From the NCBI GenBank assembly GCA_963782525.1, contig CAWAKC010000004.1, positions 96,001 to 160,000 of the forward strand: 64,000 bases of DNA. Reading direction: 5' to 3'. Origin of the DNA: Candidatus Bathyarchaeota archaeon. GTDB taxonomy: Archaea; Thermoproteota; Bathyarchaeia; Bathyarchaeales; Bathycorpusculaceae. Positions 47,840-58,515 of the stretch are shown piece after piece (position 1 is the first letter of the stretch; each line of letters begins with the position of its first letter). The translations under genes were made by a program, and so were the position numbers. The notes under the pieces are model-generated. The model made no database searches, was not told where the DNA came from, and worked only from the letters and a program-made list of their open reading frames with translations.

Positions 47840-50056
47840 TTATTCTTTCTCGAAGTATTCTTCTGGTTTTGGCGGAGTTGGTGGTAAGCCTCTGCGTTCA
47901 CGAATCTTCTTTATGGTTTCAGCCTGCATCTGCTCTGGAACATATGCCCAACGAGCGAACTGTGTGGCCCAAAATGCTCTGCCTGAAGTTGAACCGCGTA
48001 ATTCATCAGCTATGCCAAAACTTTCAGAGACTGGCATTTCTGCTTTAACGGTAATTATGTCATCTTCTGAGGGCATGTCGAGGATTTTGCCACGGCGTTT
48101 GTTTAGCATTGTGATGACGGCGCTGACATATTCGCTTGGAACTTTGCATTCGAAGCTCATCAATGGCTCAAGTAGTTTTGGATCGCTCAAGAGAATAGTG
48201 CAGTAGATTGGTCTCCAAGTCATGGGGATAGCTTGTGCTGGTCCACGATGAACGGGGTCTTCATGTAAGACGATGTCTTCAAGGTTAATCTTTAAGCCGT
48301 ATGCTGGCTCTTTAGCGAGCGGTGAAGTGTGTACGGCTTCGCGGAAACCAGTTTTGATGTGGTCGAGGATTTCTTCTACATATTGGCGTCCGCGGATACG
48401 GTTAACGAGTATGCAGTTTTCTTCAACGGCAACTGCGCCTTTGGCTTCTTCTGGTGACCAGCCGAGTGCGCGCAAAGTTTTGGTACGTTCATCTCTGCTT
48501 TGCATGTCAGTGATTTTTTCAGACTTAATTGCTTCAATAACTTCCTCAGATAATTTGTCGATGGTTATCCAGAGTTTGTTGTGTTTGTTGGGGCTTTTAC
48601 CCATGATTGCTGGTCCTTTGTAGTCATGGCTTATTGTTTCTCTGAAGATGACGATTGGTTTGCTTAATTTTACTTTTAAGCCTGCTTCTTGCATTCGATA
48701 TGCGGTGATTTCAAGGTGAAGTTCGCCCATTCCTGAGAGTAGGAATTCGCCGCTTTCTTTGTTCATGACGAAGTGCAAGTTGGGGTCTTCTGTTGTGAGT
48801 TTATGCATGACTTTGTCGAATAGTGGTAGGTCTTTGACGTCTTCTGGTTCAACTGCGACGGTTACGACGGGGTCGGAAACGTAGTTTAAGCCTTCAAAAG
48901 AGTGGACTTCTTGGCCTTCTTCAGCGATGGTTTCGCCGACGTGGATAGATGGAAGACCCGAAATGGCTCCGATGTTGCCTGCAGGAACACGGTCAATAAG
49001 CACTCGGTCTGTTGCCATACTCATGAAGACCTGTTGAATAGTGCCTTTTTGGTTGCTGCTTAAAAGCTGAACGGTTTTGCCTCTCTCGATTGAACCGCTG
49101 AAAATTCTGCCGATTGCAACTGTTCCGCTGTGTGGGTCAACTTCGATGGTGGAGATGCACATGAGTAAGGGTGCTTTAGGATCGACTTTTGCCATTCCTT
49201 GTCCTGTTGGGCTGGATACGTCGCCTGGCCAAATTTGAGGTTGCCTGTAGGGTTGAGCTTCATAGGGGTTTGGAAGATGTTTAACGAACATGTCCAAGAT
49301 AGGTTCTGGAAGAGGCGCTTTTTTGCTGAGTTCATCGACTTTTCTGCCGACTTCAATTGGGTCACCTGAGTAAGCATCGATGATGTCTTGGAAGGAGACT
49401 TTCTTCATTTTCATATGATCAAGGTTTAAGCCCCATTTGTGAAGGGCTGACCCAAATGCCACACGACTATCTTCAATTGTTACTTGCCAATCTTTCTTGT
49501 GCTCGGCAGGTGCATATTTCTCGATTAAAGTATTAACTCTTAGGAGAATCTTTGCAAATTTCTTCTGGATTTCTTGTGGGGAAAGTTTAATTTCTTTGAT
49601 TAAACGGTCAACTTTGTTGATAAATAGAATTGGCTTTACACGTTCTCTTAGGGCCTGCATTAGGACGGTTTCGGTCTGGGTCATTGGTCCCTCAACTGCA
49701 TCTACGACAACAAGTGCGCCGTCAACTGCTCGCAAACTTCTTGTTACAGCTCCTGAAAAGTCAATGTGGCCAGGGGTGTCGATTAAGTTGATTAAGTAAT
49801 CTTTTTCTTGGTAAGTGTGGACTAAGCTGACGTTTGAGGCGAAGACAGTCATTTGACGTTTCTGCTCAAGGTCCCATGAGTCAAGGAACAGTTTCTGTCC
49901 TGCCGTTTGGGTACTGATGATTCCTGCCGCTGCCAGAAGACTGTCAGCCAGGGTTGTTTTTCCATGGTCAACATGGGCGATGATGCTCGTGTTGCGTACG
50001 AAAATTGGGGTTTCCATTAGTTTCACAATTTCTTCCGTTTGCCTGTAACGCGCCAT
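47840..50056 (-). CDS. fusA: Translation elongation factor 2 (possibly a paralogous copy)
   Basis: AHVDHGKT, DTPGH, NKVD, GMGELHL, diphthamide loop HEDPVHRG. Confidence 0.9.
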   Translation of the reverse strand: MARYRQTEEIVKLMETPIFVRNTSIIAHVDHGKTTLADSLLAAAGIISTQTAGQKLFLDSWDLEQKRQMTVFASNVSLVHTYQEKDYLINLIDTPGHIDFSGAVTRSLRAVDGALVVVDAVEGPMTQTETVLMQALRERVKPILFINKVDRLIKEIKLSPQEIQKKFAKILLRVNTLIEKYAPAEHKKDWQVTIEDSRVAFGSALHKWGLNLDHMKMKKVSFQDIIDAYSGDPIEVGRKVDELSKKAPLPEPILDMFVKHLPNPYEAQPYRQPQIWPGDVSSPTGQGMAKVDPKAPLLMCISTIEVDPHSGTVAIGRIFSGSIERGKTVQLLSSNQKGTIQQVFMSMATDRVLIDRVPAGNIGAISGLPSIHVGETIAEEGQEVHSFEGLNYVSDPVVTVAVEPEDVKDLPLFDKVMHKLTTEDPNLHFVMNKESGEFLLSGMGELHLEITAYRMQEAGLKVKLSKPIVIFRETISHDYKGPAIMGKSPNKHNKLWITIDKLSEEVIEAIKSEKITDMQSRDERTKTLRALGWSPEEAKGAVAVEENCILVNRIRGRQYVEEILDHIKTGFREAVHTSPLAKEPAYGLKINLEDIVLHEDPVHRGPAQAIPMTWRPIYCTILLSDPKLLEPLMSFECKVPSEYVSAVITMLNKRRGKILDMPSEDDIITVKAEMPVSESFGIADELRGSTSGRAFWATQFARWAYVPEQMQAETIKKIRERRGLPPTPPKPEEYFEKE

Positions 50057-50693
50057 AATTAATCAATCTCCAATTTAATTGAATTTATTACTTGAAAGAC
50101 TTGTTTTTTAATTATTTGAAGCATTATTCACTCTCTCATGAAACGGTAAACTACATGGAAAGTGAGTTTGTAGCCTATTAACTTTATGGCATGATTCCAT
50201 AAAAATAATTGAGGCAAAAAATACCTCTTTATTTGCTCCAGACATGATTTTACTGAGAGAAAATCGGTTTGTGATTAATTTTGCTAAGTAGCTAGCGGTT
50301 AATTGGGCTTCGCAAGTTGGTAAAGCCTAATTCGCAAAAAAGAATAAATCTATTTTATTTTTCTATTTAGCGAAGAATTCGGAGCTTAAAGGAGCAAAAA
50401 AAGTTAAATGACTGAAGAATCACTTGCATATAATTCATCATTCTGCTTCATTTCTTTCGAGTTAAAGACTGCTTTCTCTGCGATTAGTTTAAATGCAACA
50501 ATCGACAATAAACAAAAATTAAATTGCCAAAATTGGCGAAGTAAATTTAACCGCTGAGGATAAGAATGCACCTTCAAACAGTTCCAGCACATGAAAATAA
50601 TGGATTGTTCCAGGATTCCTTAGCTCCGGTCATCTTTGCTTTTAGTCGGGGTTGTTACTAACACATCTTTACTGAGGTTTTGGCGGAATAAGA

Positions 50694-53474
50694 TTGGAAA
50701 AAGCTGCTTCTTTGCCGATTGACAAGGTTTTCGATGACCTAAACACATCAGCTAACGGATTAACAAGCGAAGAAGCTAAACTGCGACTAAAAAAATATGG
50801 CTACAATAAGCTTTCCGAGAAAAGGAAAATTCCATTTATACACAAGTTTATCTATCATCTTAGAGATTTATTCGGCATTTTGTTGTTAGTGGCAGCAGTC
50901 TTATCTTATATTAGTGGAAGTCCCGAACTTGCCCTCATCATCCTTGCAGTAGTTTTGGTAAACATTTTCGTCAGCATCTTCCAAGAATCGCGTGCAGAAA
51001 AAGCTATGGAAACCCTCAAAAGCTGGATGCCTGAATATGCCAAAGTTATCCGAGACGGCGAACTCAAGAAAATCTCAGTTAGAGAAATTGTTCCAGGCGA
51101 CGTAATTTTCCTTGAAGAAGGCGACCGGGTTCCCGCGGACGCCAGATTAATTGAAGCTTTTGATTTATGGACAAATAATGTTCCGTTAACTGGAGAATCT
51201 GAACCGCAGCCACGTGTTGCTGAAGCCGTCAAAGTTGTTGAAAAAGCCTACTTGTATTCAGCTAACCTTGTTTTCATGAGCACCAGCGTTGCAAAGGGTC
51301 AAGGGAAAGCAGTTGTTTACTCTACAGGCATGGAAACGCAATTTGGAAAAATTGCAAGTTTAACCCAGACTATTAAGGAAGAGGAAAGCCCGCTTCAGAA
51401 AGAAATCGCCTTGACAGCAAAGTATGATTTTATCATTGCCGTGGTTGTAGGTACAATTTTCTTTATCGCCAGTTTTCTTTTTCTCCATGTTCCCCTTGCC
51501 ACAAGCATCTTTTTCATGATTGGTGTTATGGTTTGTTGTGTTCCTGAAGGTTTGCAGGTTACAGTTTCCAGCGCCTTAGCTATCAACGTTCTAAAAATGG
51601 TACGGCAGAATGTTGTTGTTAAACGGTTATCTGCCGTGCAAACTTTAGGCAGTGTAACCGTTATCTGTACGGACAAAACAGGTACAATCACCAAAGGCGA
51701 AATGACCGTAAACAAACTATGGGTCTTCGATTACGTGGTGGACGTTTCTGGTTCAGGCTACATGCCTGAGGGCGATTTCACTATAAACGGTGAGCCACTG
51801 CAAAAAGGACAAACGGCTTCTTTGGAGAAGCTACTGGAGATTGCTGCTCTTTGCAACGGGGCAAAGCTTGATCCACCTTCAGATAAAAACCGAAATTGGA
51901 ATGTTATCGGTGACCCAACCGACGGCGCATTGCTTGTTGCCACACTTAAGTCAAACGTGAACATTCAGGATGCTTTAGCTGCGAAACCGATTCTGGATGT
52001 TTTGCCCTTCAGTTTCGAACGAAAACGCATGACAACTGTTCACAAACTTAACGGTAACGTCTTAATCTATACTAAGGGTGCCCCGAGAAACATACTTGAC
52101 GTCTGCAGCAAAGTGCTCGTTGACGGCAAAATCGTCGAATTAGACCAGGAAAAAATGAGTTGGATTGAATCTAGAATCCACGAATTCGCTAATGCAGGAC
52201 TGCGCGTTATAGCTGTTGCTTACCAGCAAATACCCAAGAGCGAGTACAAGAAGGGCATAGAAGTCGAAAACAACCTTATCTTTGTCGGTTTAGCAGGAAT
52301 GCGCGACCCTCCAAGAGCCGAAGTAAAGGATGCTGTTGAAAAAGCAAAACAAGCAGGAATAAAAACAGTGATTATTACAGGCGATTATGGTCCAACTGCA
52401 CAATCAATAGCTCAAGACGTAGGCATAGTGGCGAAAGATTTTGCCCAAGTTATCCGCGGCATTGACCTTGAAGAGTTAAACGACCAAGCCATAGTAGATG
52501 AGGTCAAAAAAGGTGACGTGATTTTCGCTAGAGTTTCTCCTGAACAGAAACTCCGTATAGTTAAGGTTCTTAAGAATAGCGGTGAAGTTGTTGCGGTTAC
52601 GGGTGATGGAGCAAACGATGCGCCATCACTTAAGGAGGCAGACATTGGCGTGGCCATGGGGGCGTCTGGAACGGATGTTGCCCGAGAAGCCGCAGACATC
52701 GTGCTGTTAAACGACAGTTTTGCTTCAATCGTTAAAGCGGTTGAATCTGGCAGAGCCATTTACGAGAACATCCGCAAATTCATCGTTTACGTGTTCAGCC
52801 ACAACTGGGCAGAACTCATCCCATACGTCCTTTATGCGGTGCTGGCTATTCCATTGCCGCTGCTTGTGGTCCAAGTTTTAGCCATCGACTTAGCCATAGA
52901 CGTTATCCCTAGTTTAGCTCTCAGTCGTGAACCTCCAGAAGCAGGAATAATGGAGGAATCCCCGAGAAGCCTCAAAGAAAGATTGTTCACAGGCAAAGTC
53001 TTTGGGCGTTCACTCTTCATTGGCGTAATCATCGCAGCTGGAGCAATGTTCGGATGCTTAAGCGCTTGGATGGCAGGAGGCTGGCACTACGGTATGGTTT
53101 TAACATCTGATAGCTCATTCTACACGAGCGGCGTTTATGCTAAAGGAGTAACGATGACGTTTGCAGGCATCGTGGTTGCTCAAGCTGGAAACGTTTTAGC
53201 ATGCCGAACCAGCAGACAATCAATTTTTAGAACAAGCCTGAAAACCAACAAATGGATAATTGCTGGTATAATATCACAGCTTTCCATCTTGGCATTCATA
53301 GTTTATGTTCCACTAATGCAACATGTCTTCGGCACCGCCGCACTAGGCTTAACAGATTGGCTATTCCTGATTTCGCTGGCGCTGGCAGTTGTGTTCGCTG
53401 AAGAAATCCGAAAGTTCTTTGTCAGAAGATTCGGAAAAACTGCAGAGGATCCAAGTAAACATGACCACACATAA
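50694..53474 (+). CDS. P-type II cation-transporting ATPase
   Basis: TGES, PEGL, DKTGT, KGAP, TGDGANDAP. Confidence 0.93.
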   Translation: MEKAASLPIDKVFDDLNTSANGLTSEEAKLRLKKYGYNKLSEKRKIPFIHKFIYHLRDLFGILLLVAAVLSYISGSPELALIILAVVLVNIFVSIFQESRAEKAMETLKSWMPEYAKVIRDGELKKISVREIVPGDVIFLEEGDRVPADARLIEAFDLWTNNVPLTGESEPQPRVAEAVKVVEKAYLYSANLVFMSTSVAKGQGKAVVYSTGMETQFGKIASLTQTIKEEESPLQKEIALTAKYDFIIAVVVGTIFFIASFLFLHVPLATSIFFMIGVMVCCVPEGLQVTVSSALAINVLKMVRQNVVVKRLSAVQTLGSVTVICTDKTGTITKGEMTVNKLWVFDYVVDVSGSGYMPEGDFTINGEPLQKGQTASLEKLLEIAALCNGAKLDPPSDKNRNWNVIGDPTDGALLVATLKSNVNIQDALAAKPILDVLPFSFERKRMTTVHKLNGNVLIYTKGAPRNILDVCSKVLVDGKIVELDQEKMSWIESRIHEFANAGLRVIAVAYQQIPKSEYKKGIEVENNLIFVGLAGMRDPPRAEVKDAVEKAKQAGIKTVIITGDYGPTAQSIAQDVGIVAKDFAQVIRGIDLEELNDQAIVDEVKKGDVIFARVSPEQKLRIVKVLKNSGEVVAVTGDGANDAPSLKEADIGVAMGASGTDVAREAADIVLLNDSFASIVKAVESGRAIYENIRKFIVYVFSHNWAELIPYVLYAVLAIPLPLLVVQVLAIDLAIDVIPSLALSREPPEAGIMEESPRSLKERLFTGKVFGRSLFIGVIIAAGAMFGCLSAWMAGGWHYGMVLTSDSSFYTSGVYAKGVTMTFAGIVVAQAGNVLACRTSRQSIFRTSLKTNKWIIAGIISQLSILAFIVYVPLMQHVFGTAALGLTDWLFLISLALAVVFAEEIRKFFVRRFGKTAEDPSKHDHT

Positions 53475-53634
53475 GCGTTTAATGAGTAGGTGGAATGCGG
53501 TGTTTTCCCAGCCAGCCCAATAAAATAAGAATTTTAGAATAATGTGAATGAGAACTGTTTCTTAATATGCTGTTTATTTTCCTCCAGATTAGTTGTTAAT
53601 CGCTTAAAAACTATAAACATTCAGTTTACTTATA

Positions 53635-53945
53635 ATGCTCACTTACTTGGTTTTGTGTGGTGTAACGACCAAAATAATTGAAAATCCTAAAGGCGAAAAT
53701 GGCACTGAAATCGCCGCATTAATTATTCGTGCACCAGCTATAGCGTTTGCTCTATTTTGATGGTTGTCAGTAGCTCATACTCTTCCGGGTATTTCTTTCG
53801 ATACTTATGCATAATCGGCGGGGTAGGCGTCATGGTGAACGGGTCATTGCCGCTCTATGAAAGCTTGAGCGCAAATAAAATCATGAACGAAATAGAGCTT
53901 GAATTGCGCATTGAAGCTGATAAAGAAGAAAAACTTTCTACCTAA
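53635..53945 (+). pseudogene. Possible frameshifted small membrane protein
   Basis: Two overlapping hydrophobic frames (53635-53760 and 53757-53945). Confidence 0.25.
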
Positions 53946-54044
53946 AATCTTATATTGAAAGAACTTATTTTCTTTTTAAACATTCCGTTAGCTTTCATTG
54001 GCTCAAAGACAATGTGGAGGGCAAAATAAAAACTGATTAGAAAG

Positions 54045-54734
54045 TTGAAATTTCAAGCGATTGGAGCTCTCCTCATCGTAGTTTTGTCAGGCATTGCGAT
54101 TTTTAGCATTGTGGAGACGACTGTTGAAGGTAACCCAATCCGTGTAGCATGTATTGGCGATAGCATAACTGAGGGGAGTGGGTATCCAAATATGCTACGC
54201 CAATTACTCGGTCCGAACTACACGGTAGCTAACTTTGGAGTCAGCGGATCAACAGTGACATCTCAGTCTATCAGGCCTTACATGGATCAAGGTGCGTTTC
54301 AAGAAGCAATCGACTACCACCCTGACATCGTTGTTATAATGCTGGGAACAAATGATGCTAACAGTGATATAGCTCAGAATGAAACTAGCTTTGAAGCGGA
54401 TTATTCACAGATCATCAATTCTTTCGAACAGCTTGAAGGTAGGCAATTAATTTGGATCGTTAAGTCGCCGCCAATATTTGCTGACAACTCAAGTTACAAC
54501 AACACTTACCTTGAAAACAATGTGTTTCCTCAAATTGACAACGTAGCAGACCAAATGAAACTTCCCACCGTTGACATGTACAGTGCCTTCGGCAATCACT
54601 CCGATTATTTCATGGATGGAGTTCACCCCGGCAGTGAGGGCGCTTCATTGATTGCCTCCCATGTGTACGATGCAATAACGTTGCCAGACGGCTCCCCTGA
54701 TACCACTCAATTCAGCGAGGGTTACTCTGGTTGA
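54045..54734 (+). CDS. Secreted SGNH/GDSL hydrolase
   Basis: N-terminal TM, GDSIT, GTND, DGVHP. Confidence 0.9.
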   Translation: MKFQAIGALLIVVLSGIAIFSIVETTVEGNPIRVACIGDSITEGSGYPNMLRQLLGPNYTVANFGVSGSTVTSQSIRPYMDQGAFQEAIDYHPDIVVIMLGTNDANSDIAQNETSFEADYSQIINSFEQLEGRQLIWIVKSPPIFADNSSYNNTYLENNVFPQIDNVADQMKLPTVDMYSAFGNHSDYFMDGVHPGSEGASLIASHVYDAITLPDGSPDTTQFSEGYSG

Positions 54735-54826
54735 TTTCTCTTGCAAATTGCTCGTTTAAGTTACAACTTTTTATTTCGATTCAAAATGCAAACTGTTAAT
54801 TAGTAAATCATAACTACAGAAAGTTA

Positions 54827-55924
54827 ATGTCACCGGAACCTACCTCGCAACCTAAGAATGTGGGTATAACTCTTCCAGTTGATCTAATCCGCACCGTAGC
54901 GATAATTCTGGTAATCCTACTTCACGCAGCCATCGAACCTAACCCAAGCTTGAGTTTAATGTCCCCTGCAGGAGTACAACTCTGGTGGACCTCCAACGTC
55001 TACGATTCCATCTCACGGACGGCTGTACCGTTGTTTATTATGTTAACTGGCGCCCTCTTGCTTACGCCAACAAAAAAAGATGAGCCGCTTAGAATTTTCT
55101 TTAAGAAACGTTGGAACCGTATAGGCATCCCTGTTTTGTTCTGGGGCGCAATATTCTTCGCATGGGACTTTCTTGTCAGAGGTCAACCAGCAACATTTCT
55201 CTTTGTCTTTCAAGGAATACTAGCAGGTCCTTATGTCCACTTTTGGTATGTGTACGTTCTTATTGGTTTGTACCTAATTACGCCACTTCTACGGGTAATA
55301 GTGGCTCATGCGGAATGGAGCACCATTAAGTATTTTCTGATAATATGGTTCGTAGGCACTGGCATATTGCCACTTTTAACTTTCTACGTAGGCATTAGCC
55401 CTCAGGCTGTATGGTTTAGGCAAAACGCTTTCCTCTTGGTTGGTCTGCTGGGATATTTTGTTCTGGGCGCTTACACTGCAAAATTGACACTGCGCAGATC
55501 CACACTGGTTTTGATGCTGACTTTAAGCACCGTTTTTACGATAGTTGGCACTTACTTCTTAATTGCATCGTTAGGAGAACAGTATAGCCAATTTTTCCTC
55601 GATGCCTCAAGCTTCAGCGTAATAATTGCGGCAGTTTCGCTATTCCTTATTTTAGCATCTGTTCCCACCCAAAAAATTGAAACCCGTTTTCCTAAGTGCA
55701 ATCAAGTTTTACAGGTTATAAGTGAAAATACATTGCCCATCTACTTGTTCCATATAATTGTTCTTGAAACTCTACAGAAAGGGTACTTGGGACTAAAAAT
55801 AAGTGTAACAAACATTAACCCAATCATAGAAATCCCTTTAGTTACCTTAGTTACTCTGGTAATCTGCTTAGCTATCTTTGTTCCACTGAAAAAGATACCT
55901 TATGTAAAAAGAATAATCGGTTAA
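54827..55924 (+). CDS. Acyltransferase-3 family membrane protein
   Basis: DLIRTVAIILVILLH, AVPLFIMLTG, HFWY, IYLFH. Confidence 0.88.
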   Translation: MSPEPTSQPKNVGITLPVDLIRTVAIILVILLHAAIEPNPSLSLMSPAGVQLWWTSNVYDSISRTAVPLFIMLTGALLLTPTKKDEPLRIFFKKRWNRIGIPVLFWGAIFFAWDFLVRGQPATFLFVFQGILAGPYVHFWYVYVLIGLYLITPLLRVIVAHAEWSTIKYFLIIWFVGTGILPLLTFYVGISPQAVWFRQNAFLLVGLLGYFVLGAYTAKLTLRRSTLVLMLTLSTVFTIVGTYFLIASLGEQYSQFFLDASSFSVIIAAVSLFLILASVPTQKIETRFPKCNQVLQVISENTLPIYLFHIIVLETLQKGYLGLKISVTNINPIIEIPLVTLVTLVICLAIFVPLKKIPYVKRIIG

Positions 55925-56033
55925 ACTTTCATAGAGCAAAACTTCTGTTGCCGAATTATTATAGGTTGCAGGGGTAAATACAGCAAAAATTAAATCTTAA
56001 AAACACCAATTCAATTGGGGAAACAATAAACTT

Positions 56034-57437
56034 TTGAAAACAATCAAAGAACCAACTACCCCAACATATACATCGAAAGGACACATATTTGACCCTGTAG
56101 CCCTTAAAAAATTTTTTAAGGAAAACTACCCAATCTTAAGCATTATAGTTGGCTACTTGTTGGTTTCCTTTTCTTTAGGACCCTACTACAATGGAGACTC
56201 AGTATGGGAAACTGAAGCTGTGAAGGGCGTGATAAACTATGGGTTACCTTATGCGAACGGTTTTTACTTGATGGATCAGCCGCCTCTGGGTTTTTACATT
56301 CAAGCAGGATTTGCCAAAGTTTTCGGCTTATCCATGAACAACGGCACTTTTTTGGTAACTATGTTTGGATTGGGGGCAGTTATTTTAGTTTACTTGATTG
56401 GTAAAGAAGTATATAGTAAAACAACTGGTTTTTTCGCCGCCTTACTTTTTACTTTTGCTCCATGGCTTCTAATAATGTCCAGAATTATGCTCATAGATGT
56501 TCCCTGTCTATTCTTTAGCCTCTTAAGCCTGTTTTTGGGCATAATCGCTATTAAGAGAGGATCGTTCAAGCTTATAGTTGTCACAGGGTTTATTTTTGCG
56601 GGGGCTTTAAACACAAAACTCTACGCCGCCTTTATGCTTATTCCACTTGCAGGTTACTTCCTTTATTATGGACCGAAAAAACTCAAATATAAATTATCAT
56701 GGGTTGTTGCTTTTATTACCCCAGTTTTTGTTTTCACTTATTTGTGGTATCAGACTATCACGGGATTGGGTTTGTTCTCCATCTTTGGCCACACCGACTT
56801 CAACGTTGATAACCCAGGAGGCTTTATCCCCACGTACTTTTTCGCCACTAATTTTTTGGTTAGCTATGGGTTAGGCTGGTTTTTTATCGATGCCGTTGTC
56901 TTATCCCTGCTGGTTTATCTGGTGCAAAGACGTTTTCCGAGAAATTTTCTTGTTTTTGACGTAATCTGCGTTGCGGTAATTGCGTGTGCTTTGAGCGTTA
57001 ATACTATTTTAGGTGCGACGTTGGACCTAAAAGCTCCTTTTCTTGACGCATTCAAATATGATTTCCAAACTTTGCCGTTTTTTAGTCTGTTAGCCGCCTC
57101 CTTGGTAAGCAAAAGTCTTTTTTTGGTCAATTTAGCTAAAACAAAGCTGAAAATAAGCAAAATAGTGTTTTATGCAGTTGCCGTGGCAGGGGTTTCTCTT
57201 GTGGCATTATCGATTTTCTACAACATGCGTTTTGTTAACTTGTTTTCTAGTGCAAATTATTTGATTTTCAGGGTTGAACCAACTGTAAATGTTGGTTATT
57301 CACTTTTTAACTCTGTCCCCACAAGCGGAAACACCGTTTACATCCAACTTTTTGGGTTCGCAATTGCCCTTTCAGGGTTGTTCTGGATAAGCAGACATAA
57401 AATAAACTCAGCCCTTAAGTTTATTCTTAAAAAATAA
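56034..57437 (+). CDS. GT-C glycosyltransferase (ArnT/PMT-like)
   Basis: DQPPLGF motif and multi-TM topology. Confidence 0.8.
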   Translation: MKTIKEPTTPTYTSKGHIFDPVALKKFFKENYPILSIIVGYLLVSFSLGPYYNGDSVWETEAVKGVINYGLPYANGFYLMDQPPLGFYIQAGFAKVFGLSMNNGTFLVTMFGLGAVILVYLIGKEVYSKTTGFFAALLFTFAPWLLIMSRIMLIDVPCLFFSLLSLFLGIIAIKRGSFKLIVVTGFIFAGALNTKLYAAFMLIPLAGYFLYYGPKKLKYKLSWVVAFITPVFVFTYLWYQTITGLGLFSIFGHTDFNVDNPGGFIPTYFFATNFLVSYGLGWFFIDAVVLSLLVYLVQRRFPRNFLVFDVICVAVIACALSVNTILGATLDLKAPFLDAFKYDFQTLPFFSLLAASLVSKSLFLVNLAKTKLKISKIVFYAVAVAGVSLVALSIFYNMRFVNLFSSANYLIFRVEPTVNVGYSLFNSVPTSGNTVYIQLFGFAIALSGLFWISRHKINSALKFILKK

Positions 57438-57555
57438 AAAAACCTTAAAGTTTCTTTGTTTTATCGGGGCAAAATAACTTTTGATTTCATAACAACTGTT
57501 TGAGTTTAAAAAAAGTCTTATCTACTGGGGGGAACATACAGAAAAGCGATGCAAC

Positions 57556-57927
57556 ATGGAAAACGGCACAGAAACAAAAATTAAGCAAGACCTTCTTGCT
57601 GAAATCCAGAATTTAGAGCACAATTACGAAATTATAGCGAATTTTACGGCAGGAATAGAATATGACGTCACAGTCATCGGTTCCAGCATACAATCATTCA
57701 AAGACAGCTTAAGCCGAGCCAGTGCCTTCGTCCTTGCCCTATACAACCTAAAGGGCAAACGGGTGAATATTCCATGGGACCCCCTCTTCACAAGCCTAGA
57801 CTATGCATTAGCAACCTTGACGACGGCTCCAAAGAAAGCAGCGGTCCAAGCAATCCTATCCATGTCTGAAGCCCAGATGCAACAAGTCATGTCGTACTTC
57901 GAAGCGCTAAAAGAATCACTCAAGTAA
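57556..57927 (+). CDS. Hypothetical protein
   Basis: 123-aa helical ORF with ATG start. Confidence 0.65.
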   Translation: MENGTETKIKQDLLAEIQNLEHNYEIIANFTAGIEYDVTVIGSSIQSFKDSLSRASAFVLALYNLKGKRVNIPWDPLFTSLDYALATLTTAPKKAAVQAILSMSEAQMQQVMSYFEALKESLK

Positions 57928-57977
57928 TCCCCAAGCGGAAAGCTTAATTAAAAAAAACCTTCTCTTTTTTGGTTGTT

Positions 57978-58448
57978 ATGGTTTCTTTATTTGCTGCTCA
58001 AGTAGACTTGATTTTGCAAATTTCATTTTTCGTTTTCTTAATCCTAGGTTTCGCCGTTGAGCGGAAACGCAAAGTCAAGGCACACGCAAATTTAATGTTG
58101 GCTGCTGCGGTTGTTTTGAACCTTGTTTCTTTTGTTGCAATTATGGCTCCTGCTTGGGACAATGTGGGTGAAGGAGGCACGGGCAGTTTATCCACTATAG
58201 GGATGCTGCATGTTACGTTTGGCGGTTTAACGATGCTTTCTAGTCTTTGGGTTTTGGGAACTTGGCTTGTTCCAACGTTTCTCCTGCAAAATTCGAAGCT
58301 TCGCTGTTATGGAAAATTTAATAAACGCATTATGTGGGTTGTTCTGTCTTTGTGGTTGGTTTCTTTAATTATGGGTTTTGTCTTGTACATTATGGTTAAT
58401 ACAACTTGGTTGGGTAGTTTTCCGGTCGGTTTTGGAAGCGGAAATTAG
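57978..58448 (+). CDS. 4-TM membrane protein (DUF420-like)
   Basis: His residues in TM helices (KAHANLM, MLHVTFG). Confidence 0.6.
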   Translation: MVSLFAAQVDLILQISFFVFLILGFAVERKRKVKAHANLMLAAAVVLNLVSFVAIMAPAWDNVGEGGTGSLSTIGMLHVTFGGLTMLSSLWVLGTWLVPTFLLQNSKLRCYGKFNKRIMWVVLSLWLVSLIMGFVLYIMVNTTWLGSFPVGFGSGN

Positions 58449-58515
58449 ATGCCCATCCAAATAGAGCATTAATCTTTTATTCACTCAGCTTTGATAAGAT
58501 AGTATTGGTGAAAGT

